This document shows, piece after piece, positions 10,248-20,618 of a DNA stretch of 64,000 bases. The notes under the pieces are model-generated. The model ran no database searches and was not told the DNA's origin. It was given only the letters and a program-made list of their open reading frames with translations. Both the position numbers and the translations under genes were made by a program. The DNA is from an uncultured Pseudomonadota bacterium (GTDB lineage Bacteria > Desulfobacterota > Binatia > Binatales > Binataceae), in NCBI GenBank assembly GCA_963759165.1, contig CAVWXK010000001.1, positions 3,137,497 through 3,201,496 of the forward strand, written 5' to 3'. The first letter of the stretch is position 1; the number at the start of each line of letters is the position of its first letter.

Positions 10248-11099
10248 TCAAAGCTCCCGTATCCGCAGCAACGGCGCAATTCGGCTGAGCGGGAAAACCG
10301 GCCCGTCCTTGCATATGAACGCCGGGCCGAACTGACAGCGGCCGCACACGCCCGTGGCGCACTTCATGTTGCGTTCCATCGAAAGGAAGATGTCCTCGTC
10401 GGCCAGTCCGCGATCTCCCAACTCGCGCTGGGCAAAGCGCAACATCGCCTCCGGTCCGCACATCATCGCGATGGTATTGGCCGGATCGATCTCGGTGGCG
10501 CGCAGCAGCTCGGTCAGCACACCCACGGGTCCGAGCCATGAGCTGCCGGCACGATCGACGATCGTCCGCACCGTAAATCCCGGCTCCATCCGCCAACGCT
10601 CCAGTTCTTTCGCGTAAAGCAGATCGGCGGGAGTCCTCGCCCCGTAGAGGAGCGTAAATCGGCCGAACTGCTTCCGATGGCGCAGGACGTGATAAATCGC
10701 GGGCCTGAGCGGCGCCAGTCCGATTCCGCCCGCGAGCAGCAGCAGGTCGCTGCCGCAGCGCGCGGCCTGGTCGAGCGGCCATCCGTTTCCATACGGGCCG
10801 CGAACGCCGAGTGAGGCGCCGCGTTTCTGCGCCGCCAGCGGTTCCGTCACCGTGCCCACGGCCCGCACCGTATGCGCCAGCGCATCCGGCCTGGCCGGAT
10901 CTCCGCTGATCGAAATCGCCACCTCTCCGACGCCGAACAGATAGAGCATGTTGAACTGCCCGGGGGCGAAGCCGAAGCCGCCATTGCCCGAATCGCCCAG
11001 ATGCAGCGTGACGGTGTCGCGGGTTTCGCGAACTACCCGACGGATGGAAAAGGGCCGCGGGACCATCGGATCAACAACGCGGTTCGGATTGAGTAACAC
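10248..11099 (-). CDS. hydrogenase gamma subunit, FAD/NAD(P)-binding PyrK-like oxidoreductase
   Basis: RPFSI flavin motif, [13 protein letters not shown] nucleotide-binding motif and C-terminal [10 protein letters not shown] 2Fe-2S motif. Confidence 0.85.
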   Translation of the reverse strand: MLLNPNRVVDPMVPRPFSIRRVVRETRDTVTLHLGDSGNGGFGFAPGQFNMLYLFGVGEVAISISGDPARPDALAHTVRAVGTVTEPLAAQKRGASLGVRGPYGNGWPLDQAARCGSDLLLLAGGIGLAPLRPAIYHVLRHRKQFGRFTLLYGARTPADLLYAKELERWRMEPGFTVRTIVDRAGSSWLGPVGVLTELLRATEIDPANTIAMMCGPEAMLRFAQRELGDRGLADEDIFLSMERNMKCATGVCGRCQFGPAFICKDGPVFPLSRIAPLLRIREL

Positions 11100-11176
11100 G
11101 ATGAAGCTCGTCCCGACGAAAGGCCCCCCTTAGGTAAAGATGGATGCGCGACCGCCTGCGCGGTCGCGGACTGTGG

Positions 11177-11638
11177 TTATGGATGTTTTCGGTAGACATC
11201 AAGCATCTGCATACGGGCCTTGTCCAATCGCTGATTGACCTGGCGAAGAAAGCGTTTGACGATCTCGTAGCCGAGATCGTGGTCGGCTTCGCATTTTTCG
11301 CGCAGACACTTGCCGTCGAACGCGATCGCCCTCACCGGCTCGACCGCGCGCGCGTCGAACTGCCATCGATACGGCGAAAGCAACCACGCAAAACCAAGCA
11401 CCTCTCCTTCTTCGACGGTCTGGATCTGAACTGAACCTTGACCGGGCATATGGACCTCCAACGCGACCCTGCCGCCACGAAGCAAGTACATGGCGGTCGC
11501 CTCATCGCCCTCTCTGAAGAGAAATTCCTGCGCTTTGAAGCGCACGTTGGAGGCGCATCCGGTCAGGAACTCGAGGTGCCTTTCGTCAAGGCCGTGGAGA
11601 AACGGATGTTCGCGAAGGATCGGTCGAAGCGTTTCCAT
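11177..11638 (-). CDS. cyclic-nucleotide-binding domain protein embedded in the hydrogenase operon
   Basis: 153 aa. cNMP-binding-like segment FLFREGDEATAMYLLRGGRVALEV..GEVLGFAWL. Start is 3 nt after the beta-subunit stop. Confidence 0.7.
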   Translation of the reverse strand: METLRPILREHPFLHGLDERHLEFLTGCASNVRFKAQEFLFREGDEATAMYLLRGGRVALEVHMPGQGSVQIQTVEEGEVLGFAWLLSPYRWQFDARAVEPVRAIAFDGKCLREKCEADHDLGYEIVKRFLRQVNQRLDKARMQMLDVYRKHP

Positions 11639-11641
11639 GGC

Positions 11642-12811
11642 CTACTCCATTTCATCCTCCGGCTCGCCCGCGGGCCGCGCCTGCGAGCCGCGAATCGCCG
11701 CGGCTTCTTCAGTCAGGTCAATACCGACCGGGCACCAGGTAACGCACCGGCCGCATCCCACGCATCCCGACGTTCCAAACTGATCGATCCACGAGGCGAG
11801 CTTGTGCGTCATCCATTGGCGATAGCGCGACTTGAGCGACGTCCGCACGCTGCCGCCGTTGAGATAACTGAAGTCCAGCGTGAAACACGAATCCCATCGC
11901 CGGATGTCCTCGGCATTGTCTCCGGCGAGCTCGACGCGGTCTTCGATTGTGGTGCAAAAGCAGGTCGGGCAAACCGCCGTGCAATTGCCGCATCCGAGAC
12001 ATCGCGAGGCCACCTCCGCCCATCGCGGATGCTCCTGGTTGGTGTACAGCAGCTCCTTGATAGCCGTCGTGTCGAGGCTGCGGCCCATCCGCTCTTCGGT
12101 GCGCTGAATCGCCGCGGCGGCAGCGTCGCGATGGGCGTCATCGGCCGGTTGATGATTCACTCTGGAGAGCAGGTCGGCGCCGGCATCGCTCCCGACTTCG
12201 ATCAGGAACTCGTGTCGATCCCCGCTGATCAATTCGGTCAAGGCGAGGTCGAAGCCCTGGTTGACCCGCGGCCCGGTGCGCATCGAAACACAAAAGCAGG
12301 TGCCGCCGGCGACCGTGCAGTTCACCGCCACGATAAAAATGTTATTGCGGCGCGCCGCATAATGCGGATCGACGTACGCGCCGCCCATCAATACCTTGTC
12401 CTGGATCGTGATCGCGTGAATTTCGCACGAGCGGACCCCGATAAATGCCATCTTTGGCGGGTCGTCCCGCTCCTCGTTCACGACCAATTGGCGGTTCTCG
12501 TCGCGCCGGGCGCTCCATAGACGAAGCGCGGGAAGATGGAGCATCCGCTTCCATGAATCCGGACCGACCGCGTAACCGAACAGCGCCCGGTCGTCCCGGC
12601 GGCGCAGACGATAGGCGCCGGCCTCCTGGACCTCGGTCAGGCCCATCGGCATCTGACCGATGCCGTCGATCTCGCCGTAAACGATCGCTTCGTCGCGAAC
12701 CGTCGGCCCGATGAGCTGATAACCGTCGCTCTTCAGCGCGCCCAACAGGCCGGCGAAATCCTCAGCGGTCAAAACAACCCGATCTCTCGCCGTGGCCGCC
12801 GCTTCCTGCAT
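11642..12811 (-). CDS. hydrogenase beta subunit, 4Fe-4S dicluster protein (AsrA-like)
   Basis: Ferredoxin motifs CLGCGNCTAVCPTC and CVGCGRCVTWCP. 389 aa. First gene of the operon. Confidence 0.85.
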   Translation of the reverse strand: MQEAAATARDRVVLTAEDFAGLLGALKSDGYQLIGPTVRDEAIVYGEIDGIGQMPMGLTEVQEAGAYRLRRRDDRALFGYAVGPDSWKRMLHLPALRLWSARRDENRQLVVNEERDDPPKMAFIGVRSCEIHAITIQDKVLMGGAYVDPHYAARRNNIFIVAVNCTVAGGTCFCVSMRTGPRVNQGFDLALTELISGDRHEFLIEVGSDAGADLLSRVNHQPADDAHRDAAAAAIQRTEERMGRSLDTTAIKELLYTNQEHPRWAEVASRCLGCGNCTAVCPTCFCTTIEDRVELAGDNAEDIRRWDSCFTLDFSYLNGGSVRTSLKSRYRQWMTHKLASWIDQFGTSGCVGCGRCVTWCPVGIDLTEEAAAIRGSQARPAGEPEDEME

Positions 12812-12938
12812 CCTGATTAACTACGCGAATCCCGCATTACCGGCCGCCCATGGTTATCGCCGGACGGCCCGTGCCATTCAGTAGCAGGCAGGAGTCGTTA
12901 CTCAAACCGCTTTGTATCCTTCCCGGTCTGATAGTGCG

Positions 12939-13109
12939 TCATTTTTCGCGATCCCGCTTCGACTGGTAGTGCGTCATCTTTTTGTAGATCGCCATTACTA
13001 TCTTGTAAAACTTGGCGCCGTGAAGGTCCGGGTATTCTTTGCGCGCCGCCGCCTTGGCCCGTTCCCAGGCGATCTCGTCCGCTTCGCTTCGTACCACGCC
13101 AACGGGCAT
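12939..13109 (-). CDS. small hypothetical protein (56 aa) upstream of the hydrogenase operon
   Basis: ATG 13107-13109. The peptide MPVGVVRSEADEIAWERAKAAARKEYPDLHGAKFYKIVMAIYKKMTHYQSKRDREK looks protein-like (K/Y/W-rich). The rest of ORF 12939-14426 is antisense to the NtrC-like gene. An AT-rich divergent promoter region lies at 13110-13262. Confidence 0.4.
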   Translation of the reverse strand: MPVGVVRSEADEIAWERAKAAARKEYPDLHGAKFYKIVMAIYKKMTHYQSKRDREK

Positions 13110-13262
13110 GATGACCTCGATGCCGGTGTTATCGTCGCCGATGGTTACGCGGCATAATCTCCACGTATAGACTATTATCTTATAGGTTGGATGAGGAGCG
13201 TTTTGTCTTGCTGAATTTTCGTCCTGATGGGGCTGGTCGGCTTCCGGGAGAGGTTTGCTGAC

Positions 13263-14645
13263 ATGAGCGGAGAGCGGATCCTCGTCCTCGATGACGAAGC
13301 CGACATGGTGGATAACTGCCGGCGCATCCTGAGCCGCGACGGTTATCAATGCCAGACCACCACGGACCCGAAGGAAGCGCTGCGGCTGGTCGAGTCGGAT
13401 CGCCCCGATCTGCTCTTGACGGATCTCAAGATGCCCTCGATGGACGGGATCGAACTGCTCGGCCGGGTGCACGAACTCGATCCCAAGATACCAGTGATCA
13501 TGTTGACCGCATTCGCCACGGTTGAGTCGGCCGTCGCGGCGGTGAAGGCGGGCGCTTTCGACTATCTGCCCAAGCCGTTCTCGATCGATCAACTGCGAGT
13601 CGCGGTAGAACGGGCGCTGGCGCAACGGCGATTGGCGCTGGAAAATCTGCGGCTTCGCGAGCAGCTTCAGGAAACTTACGGCTTCGAGAACATCGTCGGG
13701 CGCAGTCCCTCGATGGCGCAGGTCTTCGAACTGGTGCGAAAGGCGGCGCGCTCCGAAGCGAGCATCCTGATCATCGGCGAATCGGGCACCGGCAAGGAGC
13801 TGATCGCCCGCGCCATCCACGCCAACAGTCCCCGCGCCGCCGAGGCCTTTGTTCCCGTGGACTGCGCCTCGCTGCCGGAGAATCTGCTGGAATCGGAACT
13901 GTTCGGCCACGAAAAGGGAGCGTTTACCGGAGCGATGGCGACCAAGCCCGGCCTGATCGAGATGGCACATCGCGGCACCCTGTTCCTCGATGAGATCGGG
14001 GAGCTGCCGGCGGGACTCCAGGTTAAGCTCCTGCGAGCACTCCAGGAACGCCAGATTAGGCGGGTCGGAGGAACCAGGCAGATCGACGTCGACATCCGGC
14101 TGGTCTCCGCCACCAATCGCGAACTGCGCGAGCCCAACGGCAAGGGAACTTTCCGCGAAGACCTTTACTACCGCATCAACGTCATCGCGATTAAGCTGCC
14201 ACCGCTGCGCGCGCGCAAGGGCGACGTGACGCTGCTCGCCCATACGTTCTTCAAGAAATACGGACAGAATCGGGAACCGATCCTGCGGGGAATCGAGCCT
14301 GACGCGATGGACGCGCTGGAAGCCTATTCGTGGCCGGGCAATGTCCGGGAGCTGCAAAACGTCATCGAGCGGGCCTGTGCTCTGGCGGAAGCGGAGACCA
14401 TCGCTCTCCACGACCTCCCCGATCACGTCCTTCTGTCATCGCCCGTCGCGAGCGCCGAGCCCCCCGCACTTGATACGTCGGCCAGCCTTAAAGAAGCGAA
14501 AGAAAAATGGCTTGGCCAGCTCGAGACCAGTTACGTGACGGACATTCTCAAGCGCCACGGCGGCAACGTCTCGCAGGCCGCTCGTGCGGCGGGCATCGAC
14601 CGCAAAACGTTTCATCGGCTGCTAAGCAAACACCGCCTCCGCTGA
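13263..14645 (+). CDS. sigma-54-dependent response regulator (NtrC family)
   Basis: REC domain (ILVLDDE, DLLLTDLKMP). AAA+ Walker A GESGTGKE. ESELFGHEKGAFTGA sigma-54 contact loop. C-terminal Fis-type HTH (VSQAARAAGIDRKTFHRLL). Confidence 0.9.
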   Translation: MSGERILVLDDEADMVDNCRRILSRDGYQCQTTTDPKEALRLVESDRPDLLLTDLKMPSMDGIELLGRVHELDPKIPVIMLTAFATVESAVAAVKAGAFDYLPKPFSIDQLRVAVERALAQRRLALENLRLREQLQETYGFENIVGRSPSMAQVFELVRKAARSEASILIIGESGTGKELIARAIHANSPRAAEAFVPVDCASLPENLLESELFGHEKGAFTGAMATKPGLIEMAHRGTLFLDEIGELPAGLQVKLLRALQERQIRRVGGTRQIDVDIRLVSATNRELREPNGKGTFREDLYYRINVIAIKLPPLRARKGDVTLLAHTFFKKYGQNREPILRGIEPDAMDALEAYSWPGNVRELQNVIERACALAEAETIALHDLPDHVLLSSPVASAEPPALDTSASLKEAKEKWLGQLETSYVTDILKRHGGNVSQAARAAGIDRKTFHRLLSKHRLR

Positions 14646-14686
14646 TGGCGATGTCGTAATGGCAAAAGAGACAGGGGGGATCTGAA

Positions 14687-17436
14687 ATGAATGCCGCATA
14701 CAGAGCCGAGGCAACAACCGCTGAGGGCAACGCCCAATACCCCGCCCATCGCGAGGCCGATGTGCTGCTGCGCGACGGCTCGACCATCCATGTTCGCCCG
14801 GTGCGGGCCGAAGACGAGGAGGGCCTGTTCGATTTGCTTCGCGGACTCTCCGAGGGTTCGCGCGCGATGAGGTTCTTCGCGGTCACCAGCGACCATGTGC
14901 TTTCCAAAGAGGCGCACCGGGCGGCCGACGTCGACTACGTCAACAAATACGGGATCGTGGCCACGATCGGACCGGAGCAGCGAATCGTCGCCCACGCGCT
15001 TTACGTAGCGTCCGGCATCGACCGCGCCGAAGTCGGCTTCACCATCGCGGACGAATACCAGGGCCGGGGGCTGGGCAGCGTGATGCTCGGACAACTCGCC
15101 GAAGTCGCCGCCACCAACGGGTTCCGCATCTTCCAGGCCCACGTGCGGGCGGAGAATCGCCGGATGCTTGACGTTTTCCGCGAATCGGGTTTTCCGGTCG
15201 AGCTGCGGGCCGAGCCGGGAGAGTCGAGGTGACTTTTCCCACCTCGCTCTCGCCGGAAGCACTCGAACGGTTCGAGGGACGCGAGCGGGTCGCCGCGATC
15301 AATTCGCTGGCGTGGTTCTTCAACCCGCGTTCGATTGCGGTCATCGGAGCATCGCGCCGGCGCGGCACCATCGGCGGCGAAACTTTCCACAACCTGCTGA
15401 GCTACGGCTTCACGGGGGTGGTTTATCCTGTCAATCCCACCGCCGAGGTGGTGCAATGCGTGCCGGCCTACAAGAGCATCGACCTGATCCCGGGCGAGGT
15501 TGACCTCGCGATCATAGCCGTGCCGGCGGAACAGGTGCTTGAGGTCGCCGAACAGTGTGCGCGCAAAGGAGTGCGCGCGCTGGTCGTGATTTCCTCGGGA
15601 TTCGCCGAAATCGGCGGCAAAGGATTAGACCGCCAGCGCGAACTGCTGAATATCTGCCGGGCGTCGGGAATGCGGCTGATCGGCCCCAACTGCATGGGTG
15701 TCGTGAACACCAACCCCAGGGTGCGCCTCGACGGCAGCTTTGCCCCGCAGGCGCCTCCCGCGGGACGAGTCGCGTTCTCCTCTCAAAGCGGCGCGCTTGG
15801 CCTGGCGATCCTGGAGTATTCGCAAACCCTCGCGCTCGGAATCTCGACCTTCGTATCGATAGGCAACAAGGCCGACATCTCGGGCAACGACCTCATCACA
15901 TACTGGGAATCGGACCCGGACACCGACGTAATCCTGATGTACGTGGAGTCGTTCGGCAATCCGCGAAAGTTTTCGCAGATCGCGCGGCGAATCGGGCGCA
16001 CCAAGCCAATCGTCGCGGTCAAGAGCGGACGAACGCCGGCGGGCGCGCGCGCCACCTCCTCGCATACCGGCGCCCTGGTCGCCGCTTCGGATATCACCGT
16101 CGACGCGCTGTTCCGGCAAACCGGCGTGATCCGCACCGACACCCTTGAAGAGATGTTCGATGTCACTTCAGTGCTGGCCCATCAACCGCTGCCCAAGGGG
16201 CGGCGCGTCGGCATCATCACCAACGCCGGCGGACCCGGAATCCTGTGTGCGGACACTTGCGGGGCTCAAGGGCTCGAAATCCCCCTCCTGAGCGCGGAGT
16301 CCCAGGCCCGGCTGCGCGCTTGCCTTCCTACTGAAGCCGCCGTCGCCAACCCGGTAGACATGATCGCTTCGGCCACCGCCGAGCACTATCGTGACGTGAT
16401 TCGGATCGTGGCCGGCGACCCCAACATCGACGCCCTGATCGTTATTTTCATCCCCCCGCTGGTGACCCGCGCCGAAGACGTCGCCCGGGCCATCATGGAC
16501 AACGCGCGCGAACTCAAGAACACCAAGCCGATTCTGGCGGTCTGCATGACGGCTCGCGGTATCGCCGATTTGCTCAGGACCACGGCGGCGCGCGTTCCGT
16601 CATTCCTGTTTCCCGAATCCGCGGCGATCGCCCTGGCCCACGTCGCGCGCTACGCCCAGTGGCGGGCGCGGCCGCCTTCGGCGCCGCCGCCGCCGCTTGA
16701 GAACGCCCAGCGCGATGAGGCCGCGGCGATCGTGGCCACGGCGCTTGAACGCGGCGAGAATTGGCTGCTTCCGACCGAAACCCTGGCTCTGCTCTCCTGC
16801 TACGGCATCCCGTTCATCGACCAGCGCGAGGTGGAATCTCCGGAGCAGGCGGGCGTCGCGGCCGACGAGTTTGGCGGCGAATTAGCGCTCAAGGCGGTTG
16901 CGCCCGGCCTCATTCACAAAACCGAATTTGAGGCGGTACGGCTGCATTTACGCGGCGCCGAGGAAGTCCGGGCCGCGGCGCACCAGATGGGCGACCGTCT
17001 CAGGTCGCTCGGCTATGCCCCGATCGGCTGGCTGGTGCAGAGGATGGCGCCCGAAGGCGTCGAGATGCTGCTCGGCGTCGCCCACGATCCCCAGTTCGGA
17101 CCGGTCCTCGCTTGCGGCGCGGGGGGCGCGATGGTCGAGCTGCTGCGCGACGTCGCGATCCGGCTCACTCCGCTCACCCAGCAGGACGCTACCGACATGA
17201 TCAGGAGCCTCAAGACCTATCCGCTGCTCACCGGCTTCCGTGGCGCACCGCCGTGCAATATCGGCGCGCTGGAAGACGCGTTGCTGAGGGTAAGCACGAT
17301 GGTCGAGGACCTGCCGCAAATCGCCGAACTCGATCTGAATCCGGCCTTCGTCAATCACGCCGGGGTGCTCGTGGCCGATGCCAGAATCCGGGTGGCGCCA
17401 TCTTCGCCGCCGCGTCCGCTCGGCGCGCGCACCTGA
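14687..17436 (+). CDS. Pat-like protein acetyltransferase: N-terminal GNAT plus NDP-forming acyl-CoA synthetase-like region, split by a 1-nt frame break at ~15223
   Basis: GNAT part is ORF 14687-15232 (HQGRGLGS-like motif YQGRGLGSVMLGQL). CoA-binding/ATP-grasp part is ORF 15229-17436 (SIAVIGASRRRG, YPVNP, ISSGFAE). Stop and GTG overlap (GTGA). Reading gga gag gtc gag gtg gives a continuous ..RAEPGEVEVTFPTSLSPE.. linker. Confidence 0.7.
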
Positions 17437-17541
17437 CGCTCGTGAGCGGATACGCGGCATCGATGCCGCACCTCAGGGGAAGGCCTGCCCCACAGAGAGG
17501 GCCGATGCGGTGGCGGCACGAAGCCGAACCCCGTCGTCAGA

Positions 17542-17913
17542 TCAGGCGGATGGAAGCCCCAAGGCGCGCTGAATCGCCGCTTTGAAATCGGCGGTCGAAA
17601 ACGGCTTCGCGAGATAGCCGGTAGCGCCGCTGGCGTACGCGGCCCCGACGGTATCCGGCGTATGGTAAGCGGTAATCACGATTACGGGGGTCTTGGGCAG
17701 GCTTCTGCGAACGTGGCGGCTTATTTCAAAACCGTCTCCCACCGGAAGATGGAGATCGGTCACCACCACGTCGGGATGCTCGGCGTCTACGAGATCGATA
17801 GCCTCAGGCCCGGTCCGCGCCGTAAGGCATCGGTATCCCATTCCCTTAAGCAGCCTCGCACAGGTGATGACCATGTCGGGCTCATCATCGACCACCAGAA
17901 TCTTGCGCGTCAT
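17542..17913 (-). CDS. single-domain response regulator (CheY-like)
   Basis: KILVVDDEPD, DVVVTDLHLP and ..GYLAKPF receiver motifs. Start placed at MTRK (17913). Confidence 0.85.
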   Translation of the reverse strand: MTRKILVVDDEPDMVITCARLLKGMGYRCLTARTGPEAIDLVDAEHPDVVVTDLHLPVGDGFEISRHVRRSLPKTPVIVITAYHTPDTVGAAYASGATGYLAKPFSTADFKAAIQRALGLPSA

Positions 17914-18153
17914 GAAATATCGTTTACTCCCGGCCTCTGGAACATTGGGGTCCACGGGATACATCTTGGGTCTCCCACTCGACAAGACTGATATGCAGGT
18001 TAAGTGCCAAACCCAAAACCACGATCCTACGGTGGATCGTATGGATTATTGGTTGGGGAATCGCCGTCTCTTGCCGGGGCGACGATGTCTCAATACCCTT
18101 CAACAGTACTGTCGTTCATCCGTGCGAATTGGTGCAAAAACCGGAGGAAGTCG

Positions 18154-19122
18154 GTGAAAGCGATAACATTCGATCGGCTCGGCGGGAGTGAAGTCCTGCA
18201 ACTGAGCGAAGTACCAAAACCCGAGATCAAACCCGGCAAGGTACTGGTAAAAAACCACGCCATCGGGATCAACTTCGCCGACATCCTGTTCCGGCAGGGT
18301 CAATACGTGATGACGCCGCAGCTGCCCGATACCCCGGGACTCGAAGCGGCCGGCGTGATCGAAGCCGTCGGCGCCGGCGTTGAAGGCCTCAAGCCCGGGG
18401 CGCGAGTCGCCTATATCGGCGTCAAGACGTACGCGGAATATTCGCTGGCCTCAGCCGCCCAGGTAATCCCGCTCCCCGACTTCATCAGCTTCCAGGAGGG
18501 CGCGGCCTTCCCGATCCAGGCGCTCACCGCATACCACCTGCTCCACACCGCCCATCGTATAACGCCCGATCAGGTGGTGCTGGTCCACTCGGCCGCGGGC
18601 GGGGTCGGGATCCTCGCGGTGCAGATCGCCAAAGCCGCGGGCGCGCATGTAATCGGAACGGTTTCAAAAGACGCCAAAACCGGCTTGGTGCGGGAATTCG
18701 GCGCCAATGAAGTAATCAATTATTCCAGTCACGATTTCGCCGACGAGGTGATGAAGCTGACCGGCGACCGGGGCGTCGACCTCATCCTGGACGCGGTCGG
18801 CGAGCCTACACTCAAGAAAGGACTCCGATGCCTTGCGCCGTTCGGACACTTGATCCTGTACGGACGCTCCGGCGGCGCGCCCGAGCCGCTGAATCTTTTA
18901 AGCCTGTTCGAAAAATCTCTCAAGGTGAGCGGCTTCGTGCTGTACACCGTGAGCGCGAATCCCCGGCTGACGCGCCAGGGACTCGAGGCGTGTTTCAAGC
19001 TGATGCAGGAGGGCAAGTTAAAGCTGCTCATCGGCGAAACCCTACCGCTCGCGCAGGCGGCCGAGGCCCATCGTCACATGGAATCGCGCGAGTCGGTCGG
19101 CAAGCTCATCCTGATTCCCTAG
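18154..19122 (+). CDS. NADPH:quinone oxidoreductase / zinc-type alcohol dehydrogenase family
   Basis: GINFADILFRQG and Rossmann motif HSAAGGVGILAVQIAKAAGA. GTG at 18154 is preceded by ggagga at 18143-18148. Confidence 0.8.
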   Translation: MKAITFDRLGGSEVLQLSEVPKPEIKPGKVLVKNHAIGINFADILFRQGQYVMTPQLPDTPGLEAAGVIEAVGAGVEGLKPGARVAYIGVKTYAEYSLASAAQVIPLPDFISFQEGAAFPIQALTAYHLLHTAHRITPDQVVLVHSAAGGVGILAVQIAKAAGAHVIGTVSKDAKTGLVREFGANEVINYSSHDFADEVMKLTGDRGVDLILDAVGEPTLKKGLRCLAPFGHLILYGRSGGAPEPLNLLSLFEKSLKVSGFVLYTVSANPRLTRQGLEACFKLMQEGKLKLLIGETLPLAQAAEAHRHMESRESVGKLILIP

Positions 19123-19165
19123 CGCGTGCCGGCGAAGCACGGCGGACGATGCTGATCTAACGCGG

Positions 19166-19783
19166 CTAGGGGTCTCGCCGCTGCGCGGTTCCGGTCAGGA
19201 AAATCTTCGCTCCACCTCCGACGTTGTTGGTCTGAATCATGTCGAGAGTCTTCGCCTTTTTGTTGAAAACCACGGCGTACCGCTCCTTGACTCCGGAAAA
19301 ATCACAAGCTCCGGCGTTAGAAGGAGGATCGACGGTCATGTCGATGCACGAGTTGGTGCCATGAAAGGTGATAACCATCGTGCCGGTCCCGTCCGGATTA
19401 GGGGTTATCGTTCCCGTGAAGTTAAGATCGATCGTTCTGGTTGCGCCGGTTTCGCTGTCGTTGGTGCTGATTGCGCGTCCCGATGAAACCGAGCAGTTTT
19501 GTTCGATTCCGAACACCCCGAGACGCAGGACGGATTGCGGCAGCGCGCCGGCCAGATTACCGGGATCGTTGTCGGCCGCGTTGTAGGCATCGGGCGAGAA
19601 GCTTTTCGCGGAGCCGAGGCGATAGGTATACCTGCCGGCCAAATCGTTGCAGAATGGAGCCGCCGCGCGCGCCACGGCGCACGTCAGACAACTCGCCACA
19701 ACCCCGATTATGGCGGCCACCCATCGCTGCCCCGGGTTCACTCGAACCTTCGCTTTTCCGGTTCGAACCCCGGGAATGTTCAT
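19166..19783 (-). CDS. secreted hypothetical protein
   Basis: N-terminal hydrophobic signal-like segment WVAAIIGVVASCLTCAVARAAA. Gly/Thr/Asn-rich mature part with paired cysteines. No motif recognised. Confidence 0.5.
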   Translation of the reverse strand: MNIPGVRTGKAKVRVNPGQRWVAAIIGVVASCLTCAVARAAAPFCNDLAGRYTYRLGSAKSFSPDAYNAADNDPGNLAGALPQSVLRLGVFGIEQNCSVSSGRAISTNDSETGATRTIDLNFTGTITPNPDGTGTMVITFHGTNSCIDMTVDPPSNAGACDFSGVKERYAVVFNKKAKTLDMIQTNNVGGGAKIFLTGTAQRRDP

Positions 19784-20025
19784 GGCAGCCCCCCTCTACA
19801 TCAAGCGTTCGAGCGATCCTGAACGCGGAGTAATGATAGACTCACGATGGGGCGGTCGTGGAGGAGTTATTCACCGTTTGGGCTGAGCGCGACTTCGATG
19901 ATTGCCTTAAGTGCCTGACCTCGGAGAAACTTCACGACATTGCCGAATTTCGGCCGATCCCGCTCCGAGCCATGTATTAGCGCGCCTGGGTATGGAATGC
20001 TTTTCAGACGAGTCGGCCGGAAAGG

Positions 20026-20493
20026 ATGGATGATTTGGGAGCCGCGTTCTTATGGATTCACGTGCTGAGCGGCGCCGTCTGGATCGGCGCCTGCGCCTGC
20101 GTGGCGATCGCCGGCTCGGCGCTGGCGATCGGGAGCGATGAGTTCCGCGACTTCGTGACCCGTGCGCTGCCGGGCTTAAACCGCGTCAGCGCGATATCGG
20201 CCGCGATGCTTGTGGTTACGGGGAGCGCCAGGCTGGTAGCGATGATGACAACGGGCGGTTTCGCGCCGTCGACCGCCTTCATCGAGGTGTTGCTGATAAA
20301 GGTTGCCCTGTTCGCCGCGATGGTGCTGGGAATCGCGGGCTCGTGGCGCGAGGAAGCGAAGCTGAAGAGCGGCAGCGCAGATTCCGCGGAATCCGCAGCG
20401 GCGCCGACACGCCGGCTGATTGCGCTCTCCGGGCTTACCGCTCTTCTGGGAGCAACCGCGATGATCCTTGGCCTATGGCTGGTAGGAAGCTAA
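20026..20493 (+). CDS. hypothetical integral membrane protein (4 predicted TM helices)
   Basis: Hydrophobic throughout (LWIHVLSGAVWIGACACVAIAG..). Vaguely CopD/DUF2269-like; this is not verified. Confidence 0.45.
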   Translation: MDDLGAAFLWIHVLSGAVWIGACACVAIAGSALAIGSDEFRDFVTRALPGLNRVSAISAAMLVVTGSARLVAMMTTGGFAPSTAFIEVLLIKVALFAAMVLGIAGSWREEAKLKSGSADSAESAAAPTRRLIALSGLTALLGATAMILGLWLVGS

Positions 20494-20618
20494 CGGCGGC
20501 ATGACATGCCGACGGGGCAGGGAGCATCGCGGCGTTGTACCGATATCGCTCCCGTTGGTCGCGTTAGCGGACGGCGACCGTCGAACAGCGGCGAAGGATA
20601 CGCCAGGTAACTTGACCA

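Noticed and set aside
12858-12876. TGGCAC (-24-like) motif on the minus strand upstream of the hydrogenase operon
   Set aside because: The -12 region reads GTCC instead of TTGC, so only half of the sigma-54 consensus is present.
13110-14426. Upstream ~440 codons of the 495-aa minus-strand ORF
   Set aside because: It is antisense to the well-supported NtrC-family gene. Only the last 56 codons, outside that gene, look like a possible real product.
17454-17469. Perfect 16-nt palindrome gcggcatcgatgccgc between convergent genes, as a bidirectional terminator
   Set aside because: No flanking U/A tracts and only a 6-bp stem once a loop is allowed. Could equally be a protein-binding site, so it is left uncalled.
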